A stretch of 64,000 nucleotides of DNA from Mobula hypostoma. Taxonomy: Eukaryota. How positions within the stretch are numbered: position 1 is the first letter of the stretch; each line of letters begins with the position of its first letter. The notes below the pieces were generated by a model. It searched no databases. It was not told the origin of the DNA and saw nothing but the letters and a program-made list of their open reading frames with translations. The stretch spans positions 156,986,001 through 157,050,000 of the forward strand of contig NC_086097.1 in the NCBI RefSeq assembly GCF_963921235.1. Direction: 5' to 3'. The position numbers and the translations under genes were made by a program. Positions 35,681-49,200 of this stretch are shown here, piece after piece.

Positions 35681-36369
35681 TAAATATTATTATTTGGTTC
35701 CATGTACCTGCTCTGTTACTCAATGAGATCTAGGTGGATTTACAAGATTACAAATTTTGTGTTATGTGCTGTGTGTGATATACCGCATGTTTTTTGGGTG
35801 CACCATGGTCTAGAGGAATGTTGTTTCATTTGGTTGTATGTATGCTGTGGAGCAGATTCAATGGGCCGAATGTACTAATTCTGCTCCTACAGTAGGTCAT
35901 ATGGTCTTATATATGTATATTCCAATGACAATAAACTTGAATTTGAATATCAGTGCCACCTTAATACATATCCTTTAAGTTCTTTAATATCCAAATAATT
36001 ATTGATCTGCTTTCAATATACTTCATCTAGTTAATGAGCTACCACAGCTCTTCTAGAATACTAACATCAACTATCCTAAGCTGATCTGTTGTATAGGTGT
36101 CACATACCCTTCATTGTATGTACCAGCTCCCTTAAGTAGTCACATATGGTTTATGAACAATAATATGTTTGTCTGTGAACCACAATAAAATGACCCAAGA
36201 TCATGAATTGCAGTCATTTTGTTTCACTTTCAAAGTACTAGGGTTCTCAAGCATCATAAATAATAAATCAAGAATGCAATCTGACCTTTCATTAGATCTT
36301 TCACAAAATGTCATTCAAATCTGTTACTGGCATTGTGCATTTCCAGAATTTTCTGCATTAATTTCAGCA

Positions 36370-36815
36370 GAGGTCTCTTTGATAAGTAATTATGATTGTG
36401 CAAAGTTCATCTCCAGTACCATATTTAGGTTTGATGATGACACCACTTTTGTTGTCCAAATCGAATATGGTGACAAATCAGGAGGGTGACTGGAAATCTA
36501 GTTGAGTGGTGTCACCACAACAGCCTCCCAATCAGCAAAATAAAGAGCTGATGATGGAGGAAGAAGCTGGAGGTCCAAGAGCCAGCAAGCCTTCAGCAGG
36601 GGAACAGAGGCCGAGATGGTCAGTACCTTTAAATTCCTTAGTCTTATCACATTAGAAGATCTGTCCTGCGACCAGCACTTATATGTCACATAAAAGAAGG
36701 CACATTAGGTCCTATAACTTTTTCGAAATTTGTATAGATTCAACATGTTACCAAAAACTTTGGATCTCAAGATAGCATATCACAATATATAAAAACCTTG
36801 ATAATAAATTTGCTT
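36370..36815 (+). mobile_element. Rex1/Babar-type RT fragment
   Basis: STIFRFDDDTTFV (FADD-like) and a tttaaattcctt (FKFL) block. Confidence 0.6.
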
Positions 36816-36839
36816 TGATTGGGAAACAGCACCACCAGA

Positions 36840-37800
36840 CAGAGACAAAAGGCTTTCTCACCAGCCTCTCGTTTCAGCACCATAGCCCAACATAGTCTCT
36901 CTATTTTTCAATACACTGGCGATGGCCCTGCACAACTGCACACACTGGTGGAATTTGGCACAGCAGGCAACATTCAGGACCGGAATCTGTGTGTGAAGCT
37001 TGGACTCCATAGCAAGCCAGTCTCTCACTTCTTCTGCATCATAACCATTGACAGACATCCCTTGGGGTCTGGAATGATGCGAACATGCACACAGCCTGTG
37101 CACACAAGCATTGGAGAGGACCACGAGTCCATCCAATTCCTCCGCATCGACTCACCCAACACTCACCTTATCTTTAGTTACCCCTGACTCTCCACTCTCA
37201 ACCCTCAATTCACCTGGTCATCCAGTTCCCTCCTAAGTTGGAGACCTACCTGCCTGCAACCTCAGCTGACTTCACCCCCTAAATCTGTGGTGATTGATAA
37301 AACACACAAACTCACTAAACTCCCAGAGGAATACCACAACCTAGCCATCGTCTTCAGTAAAATGGAATGCAGCATCCTTTTGCCTTACAGACCACACAAC
37401 TGTGCAATCAATCTCCACCCAAGCACCACCACTCCCAGAGATCACTTGTTGTCCCTTTTCCTTGTTGAGTTCTAAGCCATGAATGGCTATATCATCAAAC
37501 CTCTATAGCACTGCTTCATTAATCCATTCCATCTCCAGCTGGTGTAGGATTCTTCTTTGCCAAAAAGAAAGATGGGGATTTTTATCCCTTCATTTATTAC
37601 CATGGACTCAACAAAATTAACATTAAGAGCCGCTACCCCCTCCCCTTGATGGATAGTGCATTGGAAATACTATGTGGGGTACAGACCTTCACCAAACTGG
37701 ATTTATGGAGTGCATACCACTTGATCCACATCCGGCAAGGAGATGAGTGGAATTGCTGTTCATAACATCTATTGGCCACTATAAATGCTTGGACATGCCT
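36840..37800 (+). mobile_element. Gypsy (sushi/chromovirus-type) protease-RT fragment A; RT/RNase H part resumes at 41515-41740
   Basis: HTLVEFGTAGNI protease remnant, [30 protein letters not shown] and [21 protein letters not shown]. Confidence 0.85.
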
Positions 37801-38778
37801 TTCAAACTACAGCAGTCCTGGGTCTCGGCCCGAAACGTCCACTGCTCCTCCAGCATTTTGTGTGTGTTGCTTGGATTTCAGTATCTGCAGATTTTTTCCT
37901 GTTTGTGATCCCTAATGTCAATATTTTCCCAAATATTCATATATTCGGTCCCTTAGAATATCTTCCAATAACTTTCTCACTGACTGATTTCAGGCTCACG
38001 AGCCTATAATTTCATGGCTTATTTTTAGAGTCTTTTATAAACAGCAGAACAACATTAGCTATCCTTGAATCTTTCGGTAGCTCACCTGTCACTGAGGATG
38101 ATTAAAATATCTCTGCCAGGGCTGCTGAAATCTCTGCACTTGCTTGCTACAGGGTTCGAGGGAACACTTCATCAGGCCCTGAGCATTTATCCACCATAAT
38201 TTGCCTCAAAACAACAAACATCTCCTCCTCTGTAATCTATACGTGATCTATGAAATCGATGCTGATTGCCTCACTTCTAAAGACTTTGTGTCTGTCTCCT
38301 GAGTAAATCCTGGGTTGATGCAAACAAATCTATTTAAGATTGACCCCATCTCTTTTGGCTCCACACATAGATTACCATTCTGATCTTCCAGAGGACCAAG
38401 TTTGTCCCTTGTAATTCTTTTGCTCCTGACATATCTGTTGAATCTCTTAGAATTCTCCTTTACCTTGTCTGCTTGGGCAACTTCACGCCATCTTCTAGTC
38501 CTTCTGATTTAAATGTTTCTTGCATTTCTTATACTCTATCAGTAACTCGTTTGTTCCTATCTGCCTATATGTGCAATACACCTCCTTATTTTCTTAACCA
38601 GGCCCTCAATACTTCTTGAAAACCAAGGTTCAATAAACCTGTTATCTTTATCTTTTATTCTCACAGGTGCATACAAGCTTTGTACTCTCAAAATTTCACT
38701 TTTGAAAGCCTCCCACTTACCAAGTACATCTTTGCCAGAGAACAGCCTGTCCCAATCCACATTTTCCAGATCCTTTAT

Positions 38779-38955
38779 ATGCATATTTAAGGCAGAGGTT
38801 GATAGATTCTTGGTTGATCAGGGCATGAAGGGATACAGTGAGAAGGCAGGAGATTGAGGCTGAGAGGAAATTTGGATCAACCATGATGAAATGGCAAAGC
38901 AGACTCGATGGGCCCAATGGCCTAATTCTGCTCCTGTACCTTATGGTTTTATGGT
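38779..38955 (+). mobile_element. CR1 3'-end insertion
   Basis: atttaaggcagaggttgatagattc...gatgggcccaatggcctaattctgctcc with a (ttatggt)n tail. Confidence 0.8.
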
Positions 38956-39129
38956 CATAGTTCTTCTGATCCCATCAAAATTGTCCTTTCAGCAGTATAG
39001 AATCTCATCCCACAGACCAGACCTATCTTTTTTTCCATATTTACTTTGAAACTAATGACATTATGATCACTAGAATCAAAGTGTTCCCTTAGATAGACTT
39101 CGGTCACATGGCCTGATTCATTACCTAAT

Positions 39130-39177
39130 TTAACCAATTTCCCCCGGGATTAATAAAGTATGACTATGACTATGACT
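39130..39177 (+). mobile_element. About 45-bp LINE tail micro-insertion (Rex1-like)
   Basis: accaatttcccccgggattaataaagt plus (atgact)3, flanked by ctaat, inside CR1 sequence cattacctaat/agcagatc. Confidence 0.6.
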
Positions 39178-39197
39178 AATAGCAGATCAAGTTCCAG

Positions 39198-40345
39198 ATG
39201 ATGTATAAAATGATGAGAGGCATTGATCATGTGGAGAGCCAGACACTTTTTCCCAGTGCTGAAATGGCTAAAATGAGTGGGCGTAAATTTAAGGTGCTTA
39301 GAAGTAGGTACAAGGGGGACGTCAGAGGTAAATTTTTGCACACAGAGAGTGGTGGGAGTGCGGAATGCACTGTCAGTGATGGTGGTGGACGCAGATACAA
39401 TAAGGTCTTTTAAGAGACTCCTAGATAGGTACATGGAGCTTAGAAAATTAGAGAGCTATGTGGTAGGGAAATTCTAGGCAATTTCTTGAATAGGAAAACA
39501 GATTATTATCTGAATGGTGGCCGATTAGGAAAAGGGGAGGTGCAACGAGACCTGGGTGTCATTATACACCAGTCATTGAAGGTGGGCATGCAGGTACAGC
39601 AGGCGGTGAAAAAGGCGAATAGTATGCTGGCATTTATAGCGAGAGGATTCGAGTACAGGAGCAGGGAGGTACTACTGCAGTTGTACAAGGCCTTGGTGAG
39701 ACCACACCTGGAGTATTGTGTGCAGTTTTGGTCCCCTAATCTGAGGAAAGACATCCTTGCCATAGAGGGAGTACAAAGAAGGTTCACCAGATTGATTCTT
39801 GGGATGGCAGGACTTTCATATGATGAAAGACTGGATGAACTAGGCTTATACTCGTTGGAATTTAGAAGATTGAGGGGGGATCTTATTGAAATGTATAAAA
39901 TCCTAAAGAGATTGGACAGGCTAGATGCAGGAAGATTGTTCCCGATGTTGGGGAAGTCCAGAACGAGGGGTCACAGTTTAAGGATAAAGGGGAAGCCTTT
40001 TAGGACCAGGATTAGGAAAAACTTCTTCACAGTGAGAGTGGTGAATCTGTGGATTTCTCTGCTACAGGAAACAGTTGAGGCCAGTTCATTGGCTATATTT
40101 AAGAGGAAGTTAGATATGGCCCTTGTGGCTAAAGGAATCAGGGGGTATAGAGGGAAGGCTGTAGACGGTTCTGAGTTGGATGATCAGCCATGATCATACT
40201 GAATGGCGGTGCAGGCTCGAAGGGCCGAATGGCCTACTCCTGCACCTATTTTCTATGTTTCTATGTTTCTATGTTTCATGGTCGGCACAACATTGTGGGC
40301 TGAAAGGCCTGTAACGTGCTGTAGATTTCTCTGTTTCTATGTTTC
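39198..40345 (+). mobile_element. CR1 3' region (39198-39486 and 40278-40345) split by a young CR1
   Basis: YKMMRGIDHV...FCTQRVVGV; the 3' UTR resumes at atggtcggcacaacattgtggg. Confidence 0.8.
39487..40277 (+). mobile_element. Young CR1 3' portion with an open ORF2 C-terminus
   Basis: ORF 39486-40193 contains RDLGVII and LVRPHLEYCVQFW; (ctatgttt)n tail; same family as 3070-5161. Confidence 0.93.
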
Positions 40346-41514
40346 TTTTACCACACACTCTCTTGTTGGGACTTTGACATACTGATGAAGGAAACTTTCC
40401 TGAACACATTTGACAAACTCTATCCCATCTACTCATTTTACAGTATGAGTGTCCCAGTCAATATGTGAAAAAATATAACCACCTACTGTAACAACCTTAT
40501 GTTTGTTGCAACAGTCTGCTATTTCTCTACAAATATGTTCCTCTAGATCCCATGGACTGTTGGTGCTCTGTAATATACCCCACTAATGTGGTCAGACCTT
40601 TCTTATTCCTCATTTCCACCCATAACACCTCACTAGATGAATTCTGCAGACTGTCCCGCCTGAGCACTGCTCTGCCCTAACTAGTTTCACCAACTCTCCT
40701 CCCTTAATTCCACCCCCCGCTCTGTCATTCCTCAAACAATGGAACCCTGGAATTATCAGCTGCCAGTCCTGCCTCTCCTGCAACTAGTCTCACTAATGGT
40801 TTTAATATCTTAATTCCATCTGTTGAATCATGTCCAGACTCATCTGCCTTTCTATGATAGTTCTTGCTTTGAAATATTTGCAGCTCAAGTCATTAATTGC
40901 ATCATGCTCAATCTTTTGATTCCTGGCTTTGTCCAAGGTTTCAACGACATCTGTCTCCACAACCTCTCTTCTATCTGTTCTGGCATTCAGGATCTTATTC
41001 CCCTGTAACTTTAGATAAAACCCGCTTTCCCATGCAGCACTAGTAACCCCTCCCACTAAGATATTAGTCCTCTTCTAGTTCATTTCTGGTCTCACTGGCA
41101 CTTGATGCATGTAACAATCCTGAGATCACAACCCAGTCCTGCCCTTTAACTTAGCATCTAACTCCCTGAAGTCACTTTGCAGAACGTTGCCAATCTTCCT
41201 ACCTATACCATTGGTACCTACATGGACCACAACTTCTGGCTGCTCACCTTCCTACTTTACTCAAACTGAGATGTCCCAGACCCTGGCACCTGGGAGGCAA
41301 TGTACCATCTGGGAATCTTGTTCTCATCCACAGAATCTCTTTTCTGTTCCTCTGACAAATCTCCCATCACTTCTTCTCCCCTTTTCCACTCTGAGTCACA
41401 GAACCAGACTTGGTTCCAGGGATCTGACCACTGTGACTTTCCTCTGCTTGGTCATTCCTCCCAGAAGGATCCTAGGCGATATATCTGATATTGAGGGAGA
41501 TGGCCAAAGGGATA

Positions 41515-41740
41515 CTTAGGACATAACAGCTACAGCAATTTGTGGGCTTTGCCAACTTCTACCGCTGTTTCATTACTACCTATAGCCAAATTGCTGCTCC
41601 GCTCACCTACCACACAGATAACCTGATCTGTTGCTGCAGACCATGCTTTTGATGAGCTCGAGCAGCCCGTTTCCACTGCCCACACTCTCCACCACTGGAA
41701 CTCCTCCGGACCTTTTGTGATAGAGGTCTGATGTGGGCAC
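41515..41740 (+). mobile_element. Gypsy fragment A continuation (RT connection/RNase H)
   Basis: [16 protein letters not shown] and PFVIEV. Confidence 0.75.
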
Positions 41741-41974
41741 AGGGTACAGACACACACATAATTGTGTCCAGACCAGAACCAAGTATTCCTCCACCAAGCA
41801 GATTCTGCATTGACCCCGACAGCTGCAGGGATTTTATTAGTCAGTGTGAACTGGATTTCCAAGCTCCAAGGTGATGATGCATGTAACTTGGCGTACATGG
41901 TGAATCTCTTAGACAGACCCCACTCTATGGGGTAAAGATTTCCCCACAGCATTTTAGCAATTTGTTGTTGAGCG

Positions 41975-42256
41975 TGTTATGCTTTGTAACTCCAAAACAT
42001 AAAAACTGACTGAAAGGAAAACAAGGGAGCCAGGAATGCGAGTCTAACTTCGTTTTTACTTCAGGCAAGGCGTGCATGCACAGCATAGTGGCATGATGAT
42101 ATATGCTTTTTATCTACTTGTACATATAGGCTGCAGTGCATTGTGTAAACAGCAAAGAATGCATAAAAAAAATCAGTATTTTTACAAGATTACTCAAATA
42201 TTACAGAAATATTAAATACACAACAATCCTCCCTGCTCGATATAGAATACATCATT

Positions 42257-42303
<47 letters not shown>

Positions 42304-45300
42304 CATATACACAAACCTAGTATAGTAAATTTTAAATTGTCCCATTCAGCCCAAAAGGTCTAATGGTTTAATTGCTGTGCAGGATTTCTTATTCTTGTGA
42401 GATGATGTCTTTCCTGACAAGAGGGATCACTTTGCTTGGCAGGTCAGACTTGTGGCTGTGAAACAATCTCAAGTTCTGGGGCTTCCTCCATGGTGGCTGT
42501 AGGAGTTGACTCTGGGACTGCAGGAAGTGCTTCTGACAGTTCTGGACACCTTCCTTCTGTAATAAACGTCTCTGCTCTCAACTGATTGATGCGTCATCTC
42601 CAGATGAGCTGCTCGATATGCTGATCTATGCCAAGCCACTAGACAAAGCTTTAAGCCAACACTTTCATTTTGACCACTCCTAGATGACCAGTATGTAGCT
42701 CCTCTAGTACGTTAGCACTCAGCTTGGGTGGTATAACATTTGTCAATCCCATATAAGGCAAACTCCAGCAAGGGCAAGGGCAGATAAAATTGGACATTCA
42801 GCCATTTTTATGACCATGTAGACATGAGACAGTGAGGTATTTTTTGGTTTCTCTTTGGTTCATCTCTGTCATAAATAGGCAGACTTTCAATTTGCATAAA
42901 GGAAAATACATCAAGAGGAGAATGCTCTTTTGTAAATTTTTCAGTTATATCCTTTTCCAAGGGTAAATGGGACAAGGAATCAGCATTTCCATGATTAGTT
43001 GTCCTCTTGAATTTGATCATATAATTGTGCCCTCCAAGAAACAGCCAGTTTCTGGATTCATTCTGTTATTGTTAGAGGAACACCCTTCTGTGGATTGAAA
43101 GTGGATACAAGTGGTTGATGATCAGTGTGAGGGTAAATTCTCTCCCAGAGAAGCACTGGTTGAAGCATTTTACACTCCAAACCAGACTCAGATTCACTCT
43201 GTCAATATGTGCACATTTTTTTCTCTGCCGATCGTGATGGATCGTGATGTAAATGCTATGGGTGTTTACTTCCATCACTCATAACATATGACATGATTGC
43301 ACTTACAGTATACCATAAGGCAAGTTTCATAGGCAAGCTTCACTGGATAATATGGATCATAATGCGAGAGTACCATGTCTGATATCACCATTTCCTTTAT
43401 TTTTTTGAAAGCTACTTCACACTACTTTGTCATTTCCCCCCACCCCCCCCAATCTGTAGTAATAAGTTCGAGGCATAGAGAACCATAGCCTAATTCGGCA
43501 GGAACCTGTTACAGTAATTTTTATAAAGGACCACAACTATAGCACATTCTTTTATCTTCAGGCATCCATTATTGCTTGAATTTTCTAAGCACTTGTGTAA
43601 TCCTTGTGTGACAATAGTCTGATCAGAGTAAGTGATGCTTGGTTTAAATAATTCTCACGTGTGTCGTGCCCTGAGCCCTTTATCTTCTAATCTTTTTAAC
43701 ACTGTCCTGAAATTTTGGAGATGTTCCCTGCCATCCTTACTGGTAACAATGATGTTATCCAGGTAACGCTGCATCACTGGGCAGCTTTGCAGGACCTGGT
43801 CCATAATTTTCTGCCAGATGCTACTCCGAAAATAAGCCTATTATGGTGACAAATTCCTTTGTGAGTGTTTATGGTGAGAAATAGTTTGGACTCTTCTTCC
43901 ATCTCTATCTGCAGGTAGACCCCAGCTAAGGCCACTTTGCTGAAATATTTCCCTCCAGAAAGGTTTGCAAAGATATCCTCTATCCTAGCAGATCTAATTT
44001 CAGCAATGGTTGATGGTGATCTTAAAATCACCACCGATCCTGCCAGACACATTCTTCTTGGCTACTGGGGCCACTGGTATTGCCCATGAGGTTCAGTCAA
44101 CCTTGGAAAGAATTCTTTCAGCCTCTGTGCGATTTAGCTCACTGTCTACTTTATCACAGGTTGTATAAGGAAGTGGATGGGCTTTGCAAATCTTGAGTGT
44201 GGCATTTTCAGTTAACACTGTTTTACCCTTGATATGTTTGAGGTTTCCAATGCCATTCCTTCTTTAATTTACTTTCAGTCGACTCTATTGTAAGGGATGT
44301 GGCATGCAAATGGAGGTTGGATCTCCAATGAAGTTGTAGTTGTCTCAGCCACTCACATCCCCACAATGCTGGCCTTCTTTCTTAACCACATAGAATTCGG
44401 ATGTGACTTGTAAGTCAGTGTATTTCACTGTTATGAATATCACTCCTACAGGAGTTATCTTTTCTCCAGTATAAGCTCTTCCTTGGATAACTGCAGATTT
44501 CAGTGTAGTATCTCTGAAATGCTGTTCAAACTCATTTTGTGGAATGACTGAAACAGCCAAGCCAGTGTCCAATTCCATTTTAAATAATTCACTTTTCACT
44601 TCTGATGTAAGCCATATTGTTTGTGTCTTGTTAGCTTTTGTGCATCTTAAGGTTACCCAGTCTTGCATCACTCTCATTATTATCAGATTTTTCACCAACA
44701 ACAAGCAGATTAGTGCTCTTTTTGAAGCTGCAACTTGACTTTTAATCTTTATTTCTTCCCTGAGTAGTCCTTTCATTTTTGTTTGCCTGACATGCTCTTT
44801 GCATATGTTCCGTTTTGTTGCATTTTCTGCCAGCTCCATCTTTAAATCTGCATTGGGTGGTGTCTGTGAGCCCCTGCTACAATGGTAACACAATCTGTTT
44901 GGCCAGGCTTGTTGCTGTTTAGATGTTGCAATTTTGTTCACGCTCACTTTCATTCCTAACTGCAACTCAATTGGGTCCCTGTCTGCTGTTTCCATTGATA
45001 CTGCTCTCTTAAATGTTCTGCAAACTGTGCTTCAGTTAGGAGCCATTTTTTAATGCTTTCTTGCATGATTTCACCAACTAAATGGTCTCTCAATGCACCA
45101 TTTAGCCCATTATTGAAGTGATATTGCTCAGACAACTTCATCAATTCAGCCACATACAATCAAATGGATTCTTTGCTTGTTTCAACTGGTTTGGTTGAAG
45201 CAGTCTAACCTCTGAATGAAGTGTACGGCTACAGTATCTCAATGGACTCAGTAAAACAGGTACTCATTTCTCACTGGCCATTTCATTTGATTTAAAATAC

Positions 45301-45645
45301 TGCCCACTCACTCAGTAGACAAAATCCAGTCATCTTTTGTGCTGTGCTGCCGTTTTTCTAACTCAAACATCTCACTGCATTTCAACAGGCAGGTAATCAT
45401 CTTGGATTCATTTAAAACTTCTCATCACTGCTGTTATGTTTTGTAACTCTAAAACATCAAAACAATTAATTGAAAGGTGAACAAGGGAGCCAGGGATGCA
45501 AGTCTAACTTCGCTTTACTTTAAGCAAGACATGCACATATGACGATGTAATAATGTATGCTTTTTTTTAATACACACTTTTACCTATAACCCTCAATGCA
45601 TTATGCAAACAAAAGTGCTTAATCAAACAATATTAAATGCACCGA
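41975..45645 (-). mobile_element. Gypsy element B with two LTRs (41975-42225 and 45432-45645), decayed
   Basis: Both LTRs begin tgttatg; PPT agcagggaggat on the minus strand; MELDTGLAVSVI protease, IEDIFANLSGGKYFSK RT, NHGNADSLSHLP and ELHTGHLGVVKMK; TSD-like gagcg/gagct. Confidence 0.9.
42264..42301. repeat. (TG)n microsatellite
   Basis: Direct reading. Confidence 0.98.
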
Positions 45646-45677
45646 GAGCTCCAAAGAGTTTTGGAGTAAGGTCCAAC

Positions 45678-46265
45678 TGTCAGAGCCCTGGAGAAGGGAT
45701 CCAAATCACAGACCCAGTACTATGCACACAGTAATAAATCACAAGGTGCAAACAAAGTCAGTGTCAAAGTTCAGGCAGAGATAAAACCATCCAGAGAAAT
45801 CCAAAAACCTGAATCAGGAAACAGGCAGAGTCAATATTCAGACAGACAGAGTACAATCCCAAGGTGCAAACAAAGTCAGCATCAAAGTTCAGACAGAGAT
45901 CAAAACATCCAGAGAAATCCAAAAACCAGAATCGGGAAAAAGGCAGAATCAATAGACAAACAGGCACAAATGCTAAAAAGGCTGAGGAAAAACTCACTGG
46001 CACAATCTGGCAACAAACAGCTGAAAACACAGGACTGAAATACACTAAGCAATAAACAGCGAGGCAGATGATAGAAGGAGCACAATGAGACATGGGTGGT
46101 AGCAGTACAGATAATAATGAGAAACAGAAGAGAGACGGAGTACTCAGTAATACATGGGCTGGAGTAGAGCAGGAGTGGGGACAGGAGCAATGGCAATACA
46201 AAACCACAGACTGACAGCTAGGGGGAAACACATAAAAAGACAGAGTTCATCTGGAAGTACTGACA
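45678..46265. mobile_element. Solo LTR (588 bp) with an internal tandem duplication
   Basis: tgtcag...ctgaca termini; perfect 5-bp TSD ccaac at 45673-45677 and 46266-46270. Confidence 0.92.
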
Positions 46266-49200
46266 CCAACTACTGGACCTGCTCCAAGGTAGAACAACAG
46301 TGATGTACACCATGCACTAAAGTTCTGCATGCTTGCAGTGCAGACAGGGTGGAACAAGAAATCCTTCATCATTGCTTTCCAGCGGGGACTGAACACAGGG
46401 GTATGGCAGAGATCTCAGTGCATGATGATCAGAACAGCCTGGATGGTCTGAATGATCTGGCCATTCGAATGACAAGTGGGTAACTGAGTGGGAAAGAGAA
46501 AGAATGCCCTGAGCTTCATCCTTCTCATATCACCTCTACCCTCTCCCACATCACTCAGTAAACAGTTCATTGAGGAGCCTATGCAGATGGTGCACATTCA
46601 CCTATCTCATGAGGAATGAGATCAGCGCAGAATAGGTTCCTGCCTCTCTTGTCATGATCCAGGACACTTCTGGGCTTCATTTGCCAAGTACCCCCGTCAG
46701 CAGGAAGGGTCAGTTCTCCCTGCAAGCTTCTTTCCTTAATTATGTAATCTTCAATATCACTTGTCATGTGGGTCTTAGACCCATGAACTTCAGGCATTTA
46801 TTGACTCTGGGGCAGCTGGGAATCTCATTGATATCTCTCTGATTCCACGATGGAAAGTTACGACTCAGCAATTGAGAGAGAACAAAAATATCAAGGCCCT
46901 GGATGGTCAGTCTCTGGGCACTGGCAAGATCCAACTTTCCAAAAAGCCCCTCTAGTTTGTGTTAGAAGGCAACCATGGGGAACAGCTCGCCTTCTTTCTG
47001 GTTGTTATGCCTGAACTGCCTCTGATGCTTAACCTTCTCTAGTTATCTCGCCTCAAGCCACAGATTGATTGGTTCCTAAACACACTCCAAAAGTAGGAAT
47101 CAGCATGCCTGTCTATCTGTCTGCGTCTAGCTCGAGCCCTTATCAGCGTATCTCTTTCGATGCCAAAAGCTTGTGTGGCATTTGTCTGACATTTTGGCTG
47201 AATATGCTGACTTTTTTGAGGCTTCAGTAAAAAGGAGGCTACCTCCCTGCCTCCACACCAGCTATACGACCGTGCCATTGATCTTTTATCCAGTTTTCTC
47301 CAGGAGCTGGCTCTTTTCCCTCTCTCGTCCTGAACATTGGCCATGGAAGAGTACATGAAGGAGGCATTGGCCTTAGGGTTTATCCATGCATCTACATTGT
47401 CAGTAGGGCCAGGCTTCTTGTTTGTGAGCCAAAGGATGGCAAACTCCATCCTTGCATTGATTATTGGCCTCTCAACAACAGTGAAGAACTGCCTCCCTCT
47501 TCCCTTGCTTGTCTCTGCAATCGAATATCTTCAAAGAGCAACCACATTTCCAAAATAGATCTGCACAATGCTTACAATCAAGTTCATATCCAAGAAGGGA
47601 TTGAGTGGAAGACAGCATTCAAACCTTCACTGGCCGCTATGAGTACCTCGTAATGCTCTTTGGTTTGGCCAATCTCCCACCCCCCACTGTTTTTGATGTT
47701 TTTCAGACCCTGGTCACCAATATGCTCCGTGACATGTTGAATCAATTTGTATCTGTGTATTTGGACAAAATTTTTGTCTATTCCTTCTCTCGCCAGGAAC
47801 AGGTCCAATGTGTCTGGAGGGTTCTCAGACAGCTGCTCAAGAATAAACTTCTTGTCAAACCAGAAAGGTGAGTTCCACAAAGAGCACATGTTCTTTTTGG
47901 GCAATACCCTCACTCCTTCCAGTGTTCCAAAGGACCCAAGTTCACACAGTAACAGAGAGGCCCAAACCATTTACAGGACCAGGTATGGCGCTTCATGAAG
48001 TTTGTAAACTTTTATTGTTGCTTCATCAGAAACTTCAGTTCCACCATGGCCACTATAAATACACTCACCAAGAAGACCTCTGCAGGATTCCATTGGACAA
48101 ATGAAGCAGATCAAGCATTCTTGCAAATCAAGCAACACTTCAGCATTGTACTGGTGCTGCAACACCCTGATCCATCCCACCTATTCATTCTTGAGGTAGA
48201 TACATCAAATATTGGCCTTGCACTCTCCCAGCACTCTTCTGCAGATAACCGGCAGCTCTCTTGTGCCTTTCTTTCCTGTTGCTTGACTCCTGCCGAGTGC
48301 AATTACAATGCTGGGGACTGAGAACTTCTGCCTGTAAAGGAGGCTTTGGAAGTGTAGTGACACTGAATGGAGGGGGCAGAACAACCCTTTTCACATGGCC
48401 AGATCACAAGAACATCTCCTTCATTTGAGATGCCAAGAGATTCAACTCTCGTCAAGCTCGTTAGGGTCCTTTCTTCACCTGGTTTAATTTCACCCTCACC
48501 TATCATCCTGGCAGCAAGAAGACCAAGACTGGCGCTGTCTCCCAGAAGTCTGATGAGCCTGAGACCAACATCGATCCAGATCCCATCCTTCCTCATTCGT
48601 GCTTTGCTGCTCTGGTAATTTGGGGAATAGTGGTGGAGGTGAGCAGCGCCCAACAATCGGATCCAGGCTCAGATGAGGGACGTCCCAATCAACTGTTGTC
48701 CCTGCCATGGTGTGACCCATAGTGTTGAAATGGGGTGACTCCTCCCATCTGGTTGGACATCCAGGAATTTAACAACAGACCCTGGAATTTATCAAGGGAC
48801 AATTTTGGAGACCATCTATGTCCCAAGACATCCGTGACTTTGTCGTTGCCAGTCCTACTTGTGCCCAGAACAAAACCTCATGACAGTGCCCTTTGGATCT
48901 GCTATGGCTACTGCCTATACCCCAACACACCCAGTGCCACTCTTGGTGGATCTTATCACTGGTCTGCACCCATCAGATAAAAACACTATCAGTCTGGTGG
49001 CTGTGGACTGATTCTCCAAAACTGCACTTACTAAGCTCCTGTTGGCTCCTGAGACTGCCACCCTCATAGTTCAGTACAGGTTTAGATTGCATGTCCTCCC
49101 TCAGGACATAGTGTCTGATTGAGAATCACAGTTCATGCCCCATTTTTGCAGGAAAACATCCCATTCTTCACCCCCAATCTAATGGCCAGACTGAGAGAGT

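Larger units (their letters stand above)
37900..41515 (-). mobile_element. Long older CR1 (ORF1 esterase, endonuclease, part of RT) with nested insertions
   Basis: GEQPEVVVHVGTN (SGNH esterase-type ORF1) near 41210-41250; SDHNVISF endonuclease end; VDWDRLF linker. Confidence 0.82.

Noticed and set aside
45764..46231. Cys/Leu-rich ORFs
   Set aside because: They lie within a solo LTR defined by TG...CA termini and a TSD, and are a compositional artefact.
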